The translations under genes and the position numbers were made by a program. This document shows, one piece after another, positions 40,797 through 49,313 of a DNA stretch of 64,000 bases; within the stretch, counting starts at the first letter, position 1; every line of letters begins with the position of its first letter. The stretch covers positions 95,795 to 159,794 of the forward strand of contig CBEUCJ010000002.1 in NCBI GenBank assembly GCA_965541615.1, written 5' to 3'. The stretch is from an uncultured bacterium. Lineage in GTDB: Bacteria; Omnitrophota; Gorgyraeia; Duberdicusellales; CBEUCJ01. A model generated the notes under the pieces. That model was given only the letters and a program-made list of their open reading frames with translations. It was not told where the DNA came from and ran no database searches.

Positions 40797-41292
40797 ATTT
40801 AAAAAAATAGAAGAAGAAAAAATATTAGACGTTAATGCTTCTATGCAAGGGAATTTGGTCTTTAAGGATTCTGTGAATTTAAGAATCAATGGAAACTTTC
40901 AGGGAAGTTTAGAGTGCAGAGGTTTATTGACCATTGGAAAACAAGCAGTTGTAGAATCAGATATAAAAGGAGAGAACATAATAATTGAAGGGAAGTTTAA
41001 AGGGAAAATAGAAGCGAGTAAAAAAGTAAGTTTAAAAAATGGGTGCGTAGCTGAAGGTGAAATTTTGTGTCCAATTTTAGAAGTAGAAGAAGGTGCTTTC
41101 TTTGAGGGAAAAGTAAAAATGTTAAAAGATTTACTAGATTTAGATGAACTATCTCAATATTTAAAGATAGAAAAATCTCAAATAGAAAATTGGATAAATG
41201 AGAATAAAATCCCTTATCTAATAAAAGATGATAAAGTATTCTTTGATAGGGAGAAAATAGAAGAGTGGTTGACTTTACAGAGTAAAAAGTAA
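40789..41292 (+). CDS. Bactofilin-domain protein fused to a C-terminal excisionase-type HTH domain
   Basis: Residues about 10-115 form a beta-helical bactofilin repeat (NGNFQGSLECRGLLTIGKQAVVESDIKGENIIIEGKFKGKIEA...). The C-terminal 55 aa (LSQYLKIEKSQIENWINENKIPYLIKDDKVFFDREKIEEWL) match the HTH_17/Xis pattern. Start overlaps the mgtC stop. Confidence 0.65.
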   Translation: MAKFKKIEEEKILDVNASMQGNLVFKDSVNLRINGNFQGSLECRGLLTIGKQAVVESDIKGENIIIEGKFKGKIEASKKVSLKNGCVAEGEILCPILEVEEGAFFEGKVKMLKDLLDLDELSQYLKIEKSQIENWINENKIPYLIKDDKVFFDREKIEEWLTLQSKK

Positions 41293-41300
41293 AGACAAAA

Positions 41301-41603
41301 ATGCCAAAGAAGTTATTAACTGTCAGAGAAGTTTCACAGATTTTAAACATTAGCGAAAAGAGAGTCTTAGAATTAGTAGAAGAAGGCAAAATTCCTGCTT
41401 ATAGAGTAAATAAAGAGTTTTTAAGGTTTGATCCAGAAAAAATTTACCCTTTATTGAAAGATCTCAAATCTGAATTAGAACCTAAAACAGAAAAAATTTC
41501 TTTTAAAGAAAAAGTGTTAGATTTCTTTTACTTTTATGACTTTTATATAATTTCATTTTTGCTTTTTTTAATATTGATTTATTTTATAATTAAAGCTCTT
41601 TAA
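41301..41603 (+). CDS. Excisionase-type HTH domain protein with C-terminal hydrophobic tail anchor
   Basis: LLTVREVSQILNISEKRVLELVEEGKIPAYRVNKEFLRFDPEKI matches HTH_17. The last about 27 aa (FFYFYDFYIISFLLFLILIYFIIKAL) form a predicted TM helix. Confidence 0.55.
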   Translation: MPKKLLTVREVSQILNISEKRVLELVEEGKIPAYRVNKEFLRFDPEKIYPLLKDLKSELEPKTEKISFKEKVLDFFYFYDFYIISFLLFLILIYFIIKAL

Positions 41604-41606
41604 AAA

Positions 41607-41680
41607 GGCGGCGTAGCTCAGCCTGGCAGAGCAAACGGCTCATACCCGTTGGGTCAGGGGTTCAAATCCCCTCGCCGCCA
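41607..41680 (+). tRNA. tRNA with CAT anticodon (Met; some initiator-like D-loop and T-loop features but G1-C72 paired)
   Basis: Acceptor GGCGGCG/CGCCGCC, D-loop AGCCTGGCA, anticodon stem AACGG/CCGTT, loop CTCATAC, T-arm AGGGG-TTCAAAT-CCCCT. 74 nt. Confidence 0.85.
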
Positions 41681-41938
41681 AATCTTTAAAATATATCAAT
41701 TTGCCCTCTATTCTTTAAAACACTGAGAGGGTTGAATATAGAAAAAGGCAAGTTCTGGAGTTGTGATCTTCTTAGAATTCGATTGGTATTATGGTACTAA
41801 TGAAGATGTTATATAATTGAAAGTGAAGCTATTATTCAAACTTCTGATGACAAAACTGCGATAAAGAAAGAAAATTTAGTATTTTTCCCTACAGGACTAT
41901 CTTGCCCTTGGAAGATAAAAGAGAAAAATCAGAAAATA

Positions 41939-41960
41939 TTATTCTCTTGAATAATTTTTT
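41939..41960. terminator. Weak bidirectional hairpin terminator downstream of hup (and of the tRNA/HTH operon)
   Basis: TTATTC-tctt-GAATAA hairpin followed by TTTTTT on + and by a T-rich run on -. AT-rich stem, so stability is doubtful. Confidence 0.3.
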
Positions 41961-41966
41961 AAAATC

Positions 41967-42236
41967 TTATAAGACTAAAGATTTCAATTCTTTAGAAGCT
42001 CTAAATGTTACTTTCTTCTTAGCAGGGATTTGAATAGTCTCACCTGTCTTTGGATTCCTTCCTGTACGAGGTTTGGTTTCTTTCACTCTAAATGTTCCGA
42101 ATCCTGAAATAGCTACAGCTTCTTTCTTTTTTAAAGATTCTTTAATAGTTCCAAAGACTTTTTCTACTATTTCTGCAGCTTGTTTTTTGGTTGCAGTTAA
42201 TTTTGCTACTTCCTTAATTAAATCCTGTTTGTTCAT
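41967..42236 (-). CDS. hup: DNA-binding protein HU
   Basis: MNKQDLIKEVA...GFGTFRVKETKPRTGRNPKTGETIQIPAKKKVTFRASKELK is canonical HU/IHF-fold. 89 aa. Confidence 0.9.
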   Translation of the reverse strand: MNKQDLIKEVAKLTATKKQAAEIVEKVFGTIKESLKKKEAVAISGFGTFRVKETKPRTGRNPKTGETIQIPAKKKVTFRASKELKSLVL

Positions 42237-42264
42237 CTTTCAACCTCCTTTTTAAGATTTAAAT

Positions 42265-42293
42265 TTTATATCTTAAAAATGAAATTATGTCAA
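42265..42293 (-). promoter_or_regulatory. Sigma70 consensus-like promoter for hup (TTGACA - 17 nt - TATAAA) with GGAGG RBS
   Basis: Minus strand reads TTGACAtaatttcatttttaagaTATAAA...aaaaaGGAGGttgaaagATG. Confidence 0.5.
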
Positions 42294-42366
42294 GAAAAAT
42301 ATTTAATTTTATTGTAATTTTTAAAATTGATAAAAACCTTCATGGAGTTTAAAATTAATCTTTGAA

Positions 42367-43269
42367 ATGGTTAGTTTTGAAAAGGTAAAGAAATTATTTA
42401 TTTTTTTAATAATATTTAGTTGGAATATAATCTTTTGGATAAAATTTTCTTCAAATTTTGAAGAAAATAAGAGATTATCCCAACTCTACACTCTCTTACA
42501 AAAAGAACTTTTTAAAGAAATAAAAAAGTTTAAATTTGAAAATAAAGTATCCTTAGTAGTTAAAGATTTAAGGAATCCTTTTTTTAAGGTATATTTCAGA
42601 GAGAATGTTTGTGTGCCTGCAGCTAGTTTGATAAAGTTACCTGTGGTGTGTGCTGTCTTTAAAGCTTTTTTGGAAGGAAAGATAAATTTAGAAGAAAAAT
42701 ATCTTGTAAGAAAGAAAGATATTAGTTGGGGCTCAGGAGTTTTAAAAAAATTTAAATTGCCATATGAAGTTACTTACAAAAAGCTTATAGAACTATCTAT
42801 TACAGAGAGTGATAATACAGCTACTAACATCCTCATTAAAAGAGTAGGATTTAAATTTATAAATCAGGCTTTTAAAGAATGGGGTTTAAAAAACTCAAAA
42901 TTGAATAAATTGATACTATCAAATGCAAAAAAAGGAAATTTCACATCTGCTTCTGATATTTCTCAACTTCTTTCTTTAATTTATTATAAGAAAATTCTTA
43001 CTCCTCAGATTTGTAAAAAAATAATTCACCTTCTTATAAATCAAAAAATAAATGACAGGTTACCTAAATATCTTCCAAAAACAGTTATAGTAGCTCATAA
43101 AACAGGTTTAGAAAAAGGAGCCTTACACGATGCAGGTATTGTGTTTCTTCCACAAAGAGAGTATCTTATTTGTATACTTACACAAAAGAATAAAAATTAT
43201 AAAAGAGCTAAAGAATTTATTGCTCACATCTCAAAAGTAGTATTTAAAGAATATGAAAAATTCTTCTGA
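42367..43269 (+). CDS. Class A beta-lactamase-like serine hydrolase (secreted/membrane-anchored)
   Basis: N-terminal hydrophobic segment. SxxK (AASLIKL), SDN (ITESDNTATN) and KTG (VAHKTGLEKG) motifs in canonical order and spacing. The omega-loop region reads NSKLN where ExxLN is expected. Confidence 0.75.
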   Translation: MVSFEKVKKLFIFLIIFSWNIIFWIKFSSNFEENKRLSQLYTLLQKELFKEIKKFKFENKVSLVVKDLRNPFFKVYFRENVCVPAASLIKLPVVCAVFKAFLEGKINLEEKYLVRKKDISWGSGVLKKFKLPYEVTYKKLIELSITESDNTATNILIKRVGFKFINQAFKEWGLKNSKLNKLILSNAKKGNFTSASDISQLLSLIYYKKILTPQICKKIIHLLINQKINDRLPKYLPKTVIVAHKTGLEKGALHDAGIVFLPQREYLICILTQKNKNYKRAKEFIAHISKVVFKEYEKFF

Positions 43270-43957
43270 TAAAAAAACATTGGAGAATTTTGAGTTCATT
43301 TTGGTACATCCTAAGACCCCTGAGAATATAGGACTAGTATGTAGAGTATTAAAAAATTTTGGTTTTTCTAACTTAAAGATAATCGGAAGTATAGATAAAA
43401 AAAGAGCTCAAATCACTTCAAGAAAAGGTATAGAAATTCTTAAAAAAGCTCAGTTTTTTGAAAGCCTTGAAGAAGCTTTAAAAGATGCAAATCTTGTAGT
43501 AGGCACTTCCAGAAGAAAGAGAGATTTAATTTTCACCTTTGAACTTAAAGAAGTCTTAAGATTACTTTTTTATCAAGCAAGAAGAGGCCGAGTCTGTGTT
43601 ATTTTTGGAAGAGAAGATACAGGTTTAAGAGAAGATGAGATAGAATTATGTGATTTTGCGATAAAAATTAATGCTCATCCTTCTTTTGATTCTTTAAACC
43701 TTTCTCATAGTGTAGCTATTATGTGTTATGAACTTTATAATTTTTATAGAACTGCTTACACAATACCTAAGTTGAATTTAGCTAAGAGAAATGAGATAGA
43801 AGATCTTTACAAAATATTAGAAACTTTATTTCCAAAGTTAGAATTGAAACCTCAGACTGTAAGAATCTTTAAGAGGATATTTAAGAGATCTGGTCTTACA
43901 AAAACTGAAGTGAATGTTCTAAAACTTTGTTTTTTGAGAATGTTAGAAAAAATTTAA
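43253..43957 (+). CDS. SpoU/TrmH-family RNA 2'-O-methyltransferase (TrmJ-like)
   Basis: SPOUT N-terminal pattern FEFILVHPKTPENIGLVCRVLKNFGF...ALKDANLVVGTS and later SLNLSHSVAIMCYEL. Confidence 0.75.
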   Translation: MKNSSDKKTLENFEFILVHPKTPENIGLVCRVLKNFGFSNLKIIGSIDKKRAQITSRKGIEILKKAQFFESLEEALKDANLVVGTSRRKRDLIFTFELKEVLRLLFYQARRGRVCVIFGREDTGLREDEIELCDFAIKINAHPSFDSLNLSHSVAIMCYELYNFYRTAYTIPKLNLAKRNEIEDLYKILETLFPKLELKPQTVRIFKRIFKRSGLTKTEVNVLKLCFLRMLEKI

Positions 43958-44136
43958 GAAGTCTTTATTACTTCTTGAGATTTGAGATATCTTTGTCTTT
44001 TTTCTAAAATTTTCTTTGCTAATTTTGGAAGTTGATCATAAGTAAGTTTATTTTGTTCGTAAAGTTTTATTTTTTCTCTCGCTTTCTTTAACTTTTTTCT
44101 ATGGATTTTACGCATTTCATTTTTATGCCTACCCAT
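43954..44136 (-). CDS. Small, highly basic hypothetical protein (60 aa)
   Basis: Strong RBS AAAGGAGGTAAA 6 nt upstream of ATG. About 40% K/R. No family recognised. Confidence 0.4.
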   Translation of the reverse strand: MGRHKNEMRKIHRKKLKKAREKIKLYEQNKLTYDQLPKLAKKILEKRQRYLKSQEVIKTS

Positions 44137-44196
44137 TTTACCTCCTTTCAGTTATAATTTAAATAATTTTAAAAATATTTTAAAAATAGTCAATAA

Positions 44197-45057
44197 ATGA
44201 ATTTGATTAAACCTTTTGATCCATGGAATTCTAAACTTTGCACCTGTCCAAAAAAATTTAGTCTTTCTCCATATACTGGGTGCTCACATTTATGTCTTTA
44301 TTGTTATGCTTCTTCTTACATAAAAAATTTTTTCCTTCCTAGAGAAAAAAAGAATTTTTTAGAAAGGTTAAAAAAAGAAATTAGAAAACTGCCAAAAGGT
44401 TCTTATATAAGTATGGCTAATTCTTCTGATCCTTATCTTGCATTAGAAAAAAAATTAAAATTAACTCAGAAAACATTGGAAATCTTAAAAGAATTCGATC
44501 TAAAAATAATGATAGTTACCAAATCTTCTTTAATATTGAGAGATATCAATTTATTAAAGGAATTTAAAAATATAGTAATAGCTATAAGTATTACCACTCT
44601 TAAAGATTCTTTAGCAAAAAGGTTAGAAAAATTAGCCCCTTTACCTAAAGAGAGATTAAACGCAATAGAAAAGCTCGCTAAACATTTTAAAGTAGTCTGT
44701 AGATTAGATCCACTTATCTATCCTTTAAATACTCATCATATTAAAGAGATAATCAAAGAATTAAAGAATAGAGGAACCAGCCAAATAATTACTTCTACTT
44801 ATAAAGCAAAACCTGATAATTTTAAAAGGATGCTCTCTGAGTTTCCTGAATATAAAGACTTATGGATTAAACTTTACATGAAAGAGGGAGAAAAGATTTG
44901 TGGATACAGATATTTACCTCAAAGTTTAAGGAGAAAAATTATTCAAGAAGTAAGAGAAATAGTTTTAAGAGAGAAATTGGAATTTTCAAGTTGCAGGGAA
45001 GGGTTCAGTGATTTAAATACAGAGATTTGTGATGGTTCAGGTTTTTTTAAAGATTAA
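44197..45057 (+). CDS. Radical SAM protein, SplB/DNA-photolyase-like family (COG1533)
   Basis: SPYTGCSHLCLYCYA contains the CxxxCxxC cluster in the COG1533-type context (PY.GC...C.YCY). Confidence 0.7.
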   Translation: MNLIKPFDPWNSKLCTCPKKFSLSPYTGCSHLCLYCYASSYIKNFFLPREKKNFLERLKKEIRKLPKGSYISMANSSDPYLALEKKLKLTQKTLEILKEFDLKIMIVTKSSLILRDINLLKEFKNIVIAISITTLKDSLAKRLEKLAPLPKERLNAIEKLAKHFKVVCRLDPLIYPLNTHHIKEIIKELKNRGTSQIITSTYKAKPDNFKRMLSEFPEYKDLWIKLYMKEGEKICGYRYLPQSLRRKIIQEVREIVLREKLEFSSCREGFSDLNTEICDGSGFFKD

Positions 45058-46352
45058 AATTTTTTATTTAATTCTTTTACCATATTTTTTATTTCATAAA
45101 TCACATTTAAATCTTCTTTTTTAACTGCTGGAAATATAGAATTGTTTTGTAAAAGAGGTTCATTTTCTGTATTTAATTTAAAAGAATAATCTGTTTTAGG
45201 GACAGGAGAAAAATCAGCCAAAAAAATCTTACAACCTAAATTATGACAGAATACAATATCAGATTTTAATCTTTCAAAGTCTTGAGAAGGAAAACCAAAA
45301 CATAAATAGACTCCATATTCACCTTTTTTAAAACCTGCTTTCTGTAAGTTTTCAATACATTTTATGAACTCTTCTTTAGTTACTTTATTAGAAAATTTAT
45401 TTATTATTTTAGCATCAGAAGATTCATAAGAAATTCTAGGCATAACAAAACCTGCTTTTTTCATCAAAAAAGCTAAGTCTTTGTCTAAAAATCTAGCATG
45501 GAGACCATTAGGAGTGTGAATTTTTAGATTTAAATTTTTTACTAAGATTAGTTCTAAAAGGGATTTTAAGTTTTCATTTTTAAATAAAAGTGCATCATCA
45601 TAAAAAGCAATGTTTCTGACCCCTTTTTTATAAAAATATTCTATTTCTGAAAAGACTTTTTTATAAGATTTTTGATAGAATTTTTTATACATAAGTTTTA
45701 CTCCACAAAATTTACAATTAAAAGGACATCCCCAAGATGTTCTTAAAGCTACGTATTCTAAATTTTCATATACTTGATAGAGAGGGGTTTGTTCAAAGAT
45801 ATCTTTCTCAGTTACTTTCATCTTTAAATAATCAAAAAAATCTAAACCTGCATAGTCAGATGAAATAAAATCTACTTCTAAAGTTTTTTGAGCGTGTTCT
45901 CTACATAAAATAGCATAGTTACCTCCTAAAATTATCTTTACATTTTTAAATCTCTTTCTTAAAAATTGGACTATTTCTTTTATTCCTAAATACCAGTAAG
46001 AAAGAGAACTTGTTATCAGAATTAAATCTATTTTTAGATTCTTATCATTTAAAAATTCTTCAAATAGCTGGAGTGGAATACCATATCTTTTATATCTTCT
46101 TTTTATGTGAGAGTAAACAGCAGGTTTTTCTATTACCTCAAAGTAAAATTTTCCGCATCCATATTCGTTGCTTTTAAGTTGTATACCACTTTTTTTAAGG
46201 AGAGGATGGAATCTATCTAAAAAATCAAAATAAATAATGTTATGCCCTTTGCTTTTCAAAAAGCTTAAGATATGTAAAAAACCTAAAGGTTTAAGCCAAA
46301 GATCATAACAAGCAAAGTCATATGCAGGTGGACATACAGCTAATATATTCAT
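45054..46352 (-). CDS. B12-binding domain-containing radical SAM protein
   Basis: N-terminal Rossmann-like cobalamin-binding domain, then TSWGCPFNCKFCGV (CxxxCxxC) radical SAM core. Convergent with the previous gene, overlapping by 4 nt. Confidence 0.75.
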   Translation of the reverse strand: MNILAVCPPAYDFACYDLWLKPLGFLHILSFLKSKGHNIIYFDFLDRFHPLLKKSGIQLKSNEYGCGKFYFEVIEKPAVYSHIKRRYKRYGIPLQLFEEFLNDKNLKIDLILITSSLSYWYLGIKEIVQFLRKRFKNVKIILGGNYAILCREHAQKTLEVDFISSDYAGLDFFDYLKMKVTEKDIFEQTPLYQVYENLEYVALRTSWGCPFNCKFCGVKLMYKKFYQKSYKKVFSEIEYFYKKGVRNIAFYDDALLFKNENLKSLLELILVKNLNLKIHTPNGLHARFLDKDLAFLMKKAGFVMPRISYESSDAKIINKFSNKVTKEEFIKCIENLQKAGFKKGEYGVYLCFGFPSQDFERLKSDIVFCHNLGCKIFLADFSPVPKTDYSFKLNTENEPLLQNNSIFPAVKKEDLNVIYEIKNMVKELNKKF

Positions 46353-46395
46353 TTGGTTTTTTATTCTACCAACAATATTTGATATAATAAAGACT

Positions 46396-47400
46396 ATGAA
46401 AAAAGATATAAAAAAAATATTTTTAGATACTATTTATGAGTATGGTCTTTTAAAAGAAGGAGAAAAAATTCTTGTAGGTTGTTCAGGAGGACAAGATTCA
46501 GTCACTCTTTTATTGTTGCTCCATTCTATAAAAGATAAATTCAAATTAAAGCTATTTGTATGTCATTTGAATCACGGTTTGAGAAAAGAAGCTACCAAAG
46601 AAGAAATTTTTGTCTCTGAACTCAGTAAAAAATTAAACTTACCTTTCTTTTCTAAAAAAGTAAACGTAAAAGATTTTTATCGCTCAGATTCTTTAGAACA
46701 AACAGCTCGTTTTGTTAGATACAATTTTTTTAAAGAACTCTCTCAAAAACTTAAAGTAAAAAAAATAGCTTTAGGGCATACAAAAGATGATTTAATAGAA
46801 ACAGTTTTAATGAGAATTTTAAGAGGTTCAGGTTTAATGGGATTAAGAGCTTTTAAACCTTTATCTGAAATAGAAGGAATGCAGATAATAAGACCTTTGA
46901 TAAATATCGAAAGAAAAGATACTCTTTCGTTTCTTAAAAATTTAAACCATCCTTTTTGTAAAGACTCTTCAAACTTAGATACAAAATTTTTAAGAAACAA
47001 AATAAGACTGAAATTGATACCTTTCTTAATAGAAAATTTTGGAGCTTGTGTTAAAGAACATATATTTTGTCTTTCTAAGATTTGTTGGCAAGATTACGAG
47101 TTTATTGAAGAGGAAGCTAAAAAATTCTTTAGAAAAATATCTTCTATATCTGAAAAAGAGGTCAAAATAAATTTAGAAAAATTTCAAAAACTTCACATAA
47201 GCCTTCAAAGTCATATCTTTAGACTCAGTTATCAAAGTGTTAAAGGAGATTTAAAGAAATTAACTTTCTCTCACTGGGAAGAAGTTAAAAACATATTATG
47301 TAAGAAATCTAATTTTAAAATAGTCTATCTTCCTGAACAAATAATAGCCTTTAAAAGCTCTGATAAACTTATAATTAAAAAAGTTGATTTAAAAAAATAA
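46396..47400 (+). CDS. tilS: tRNA(Ile)-lysidine synthetase
   Basis: PP-loop ILVGCSGGQDSVTLL and TilS central region. Upstream of ftsH as in many bacteria. Confidence 0.85.
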   Translation: MKKDIKKIFLDTIYEYGLLKEGEKILVGCSGGQDSVTLLLLLHSIKDKFKLKLFVCHLNHGLRKEATKEEIFVSELSKKLNLPFFSKKVNVKDFYRSDSLEQTARFVRYNFFKELSQKLKVKKIALGHTKDDLIETVLMRILRGSGLMGLRAFKPLSEIEGMQIIRPLINIERKDTLSFLKNLNHPFCKDSSNLDTKFLRNKIRLKLIPFLIENFGACVKEHIFCLSKICWQDYEFIEEEAKKFFRKISSISEKEVKINLEKFQKLHISLQSHIFRLSYQSVKGDLKKLTFSHWEEVKNILCKKSNFKIVYLPEQIIAFKSSDKLIIKKVDLKK

Positions 47401-47417
47401 TCTAAATATAATAGAGT

Positions 47418-49313
47418 ATGATGAATAAAGAACCTTCCAAATCCCAAAAAAAAGATAGTTATCAGCCCTCTTTTTTTAGAAACGTATTTATATGGCTTTT
47501 GTTTTTATTTATCCTTATTCAGCTTTTTAACTTAGGGACAGGTAGATACACCAGATTAGTTAAAGAGTTTGCCTATGGAGAATTTTATCAACTTTTAAAA
47601 GAAAATAAGATAAAGATTAAAGAAGCTAAGTTAATTGAAGATTTATTACAAGGAAGGTTGGAAGATGGAAGTTACTTTCAAGTAAGAATTTATCCTGATG
47701 ATAAAGACCTTTTAAATTTTTTAAAAGAACATGTCAAAAAATTTGAAATAGTTTCAAGTAATAATTTTTTGACTAATTTTTTATATTATCTGGCACCCAC
47801 AATTTTATTCATTTTATTTTTATGGTTCTTTGCTTACAGAGGAGCAAAACTGGGAGATAGAATCTGGTCATTTAGTAAAGCTAAAGTAAAATTAGTAGAC
47901 CAGAACAAGCACCCCAAAGTAACTTTTAATGATGTAGCAGGAGTAGATGAAGCAAAAGAAGAATTAAAGGAAGTAATAGAATTCTTAAAGGATCCTAAAA
48001 AGTTTCAAAGGTTAGGTGGTAAGATCCCTAAAGGAGTTTTATTAGTTGGACCTCCTGGTGTAGGAAAGACTTTGTTAGCTAAAGCTGTGGCAGGAGAAGC
48101 AGGAGTGCCCTTTTTTAGTATATCAGGTTCAGATTTTGTAGAACTCTTTGTAGGAGTAGGAGCCTCTCGTGTAAGAGATTTATTCGAGCAAGCTAAAAAA
48201 GCAGCTAAAATTTCTGGCAAAGGCGCTATCATTTTTATAGATGAGATAGATGCTGTAGGAAGATTAAGATTTGCAGGTATTGGTGGAGGACATGATGAGA
48301 GAGAACAGACTTTAAATCAGCTTTTGGTAGAAATGGATGGGTTTGATCCCAATGAAGGAATAATAGTCATGGCTGCTACGAATAGACCAGATGTATTAGA
48401 TCCTGCTTTATTGAGACCTGGAAGGTTTGATAGACACATAGTTATCGATAGACCAGATATAAAAGGAAGAGAAGAGATTTTAAAAGTTCATACCAAAAAT
48501 ATAAAATTAGCAAAAGATGTAGATTTGAGGAAGGTAGCTCGGCAGACACCTGGTTTTTCTGGAGCAGATTTAGCTAACTTATGTAATGAAGCAGCTTTGT
48601 TAGCAGCTAGGAAAAATAAGGAAGCTGTTACTATGGCAGAGTTTGAAGAAGCTATTGAAAGGTTGGTAGCTGGTCCTCAAAGAAAGAGTAGAGTTATAAG
48701 CAAAAAAGAAAAAGAGATCGTAGCTTTCCATGAATCAGGACATGCATTGTTAGCTTTATTACTCCCAGAAGTAGACCCTCTCCACAAAGTTTCCATCATT
48801 CCAAGAGGAGTAGCTTCTTTAGGTTATACTATGCAATTACCTATTCAAGATAGATACATTTTAACAAAAAAAGAGTTATTATCTAGAATGACAGTGTTAT
48901 TAGGAGGAAGAGCTGCTGAAGAGTTGATTTTTAATGAAATAACTACAGGAGCTCAGAATGATTTAGAAGTAGTTACCGAAATGGCTAGACGCATGGTTTG
49001 CGAATTTGGGATGAGTACAGAATTAGGAAATCTTGCTTGGGGTAGAAAAGAAGGTCCTGTATTTTTAGGAAGAGATTTAATAGAAAAAAAAGATTATTCA
49101 GAACAAACATCTCAATTAATAGATAAAGAGATTAAAAAAATTGTAGATGAATGTTATGAGAGAGCAAAGTCTCTTTTAAGGGAGAATTTAGAGAAATTAA
49201 AACTTTTAGCAAAGACACTCTTAGAAAAAGAGATCTTAGATGGAGAGGAAGTAAAAGAAATTTTAGGTTTTAAAGATTCTAATGAAAATCTTCAGGATAA
49301 CAAATCATCTTGA
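47418..49313 (+). CDS. ftsH: ATP-dependent zinc metalloprotease FtsH
   Basis: Two TM segments. AAA+ Walker [17 protein letters not shown] (HESGHAL). 631 aa. Confidence 0.97.
   Translation: MMNKEPSKSQKKDSYQPSFFRNVFIWLLFLFILIQLFNLGTGRYTRLVKEFAYGEFYQLLKENKIKIKEAKLIEDLLQGRLEDGSYFQVRIYPDDKDLLNFLKEHVKKFEIVSSNNFLTNFLYYLAPTILFILFLWFFAYRGAKLGDRIWSFSKAKVKLVDQNKHPKVTFNDVAGVDEAKEELKEVIEFLKDPKKFQRLGGKIPKGVLLVGPPGVGKTLLAKAVAGEAGVPFFSISGSDFVELFVGVGASRVRDLFEQAKKAAKISGKGAIIFIDEIDAVGRLRFAGIGGGHDEREQTLNQLLVEMDGFDPNEGIIVMAATNRPDVLDPALLRPGRFDRHIVIDRPDIKGREEILKVHTKNIKLAKDVDLRKVARQTPGFSGADLANLCNEAALLAARKNKEAVTMAEFEEAIERLVAGPQRKSRVISKKEKEIVAFHESGHALLALLLPEVDPLHKVSIIPRGVASLGYTMQLPIQDRYILTKKELLSRMTVLLGGRAAEELIFNEITTGAQNDLEVVTEMARRMVCEFGMSTELGNLAWGRKEGPVFLGRDLIEKKDYSEQTSQLIDKEIKKIVDECYERAKSLLRENLEKLKLLAKTLLEKEILDGEEVKEILGFKDSNENLQDNKSS

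Noticed and set aside
40789-41680. Possibility that the two excisionase-type HTH proteins next to tRNA-Met mark an integrated prophage or genomic island
   Set aside because: No integrase, recombinase or phage structural genes follow. No direct repeat of the tRNA 3' end was found by eye downstream (searched through about 46400). The downstream genes (hup, bla-like, trmJ-like) are chromosomal in character and the nucleotide composition is uniform. The first HTH is fused to a bactofilin domain rather than being a free Xis.
43954-44136. Small basic 60-aa protein as ribosomal protein bS21 or another r-protein
   Set aside because: The sequence (MGRHKNEMRKIHRKKLKKAREKIKLYEQNKLTYDQLPKLAKKILEKRQRYLKSQEVIKTS) does not match the bS21 core or other small r-protein signatures I know. 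It is kept as a hypothetical protein.
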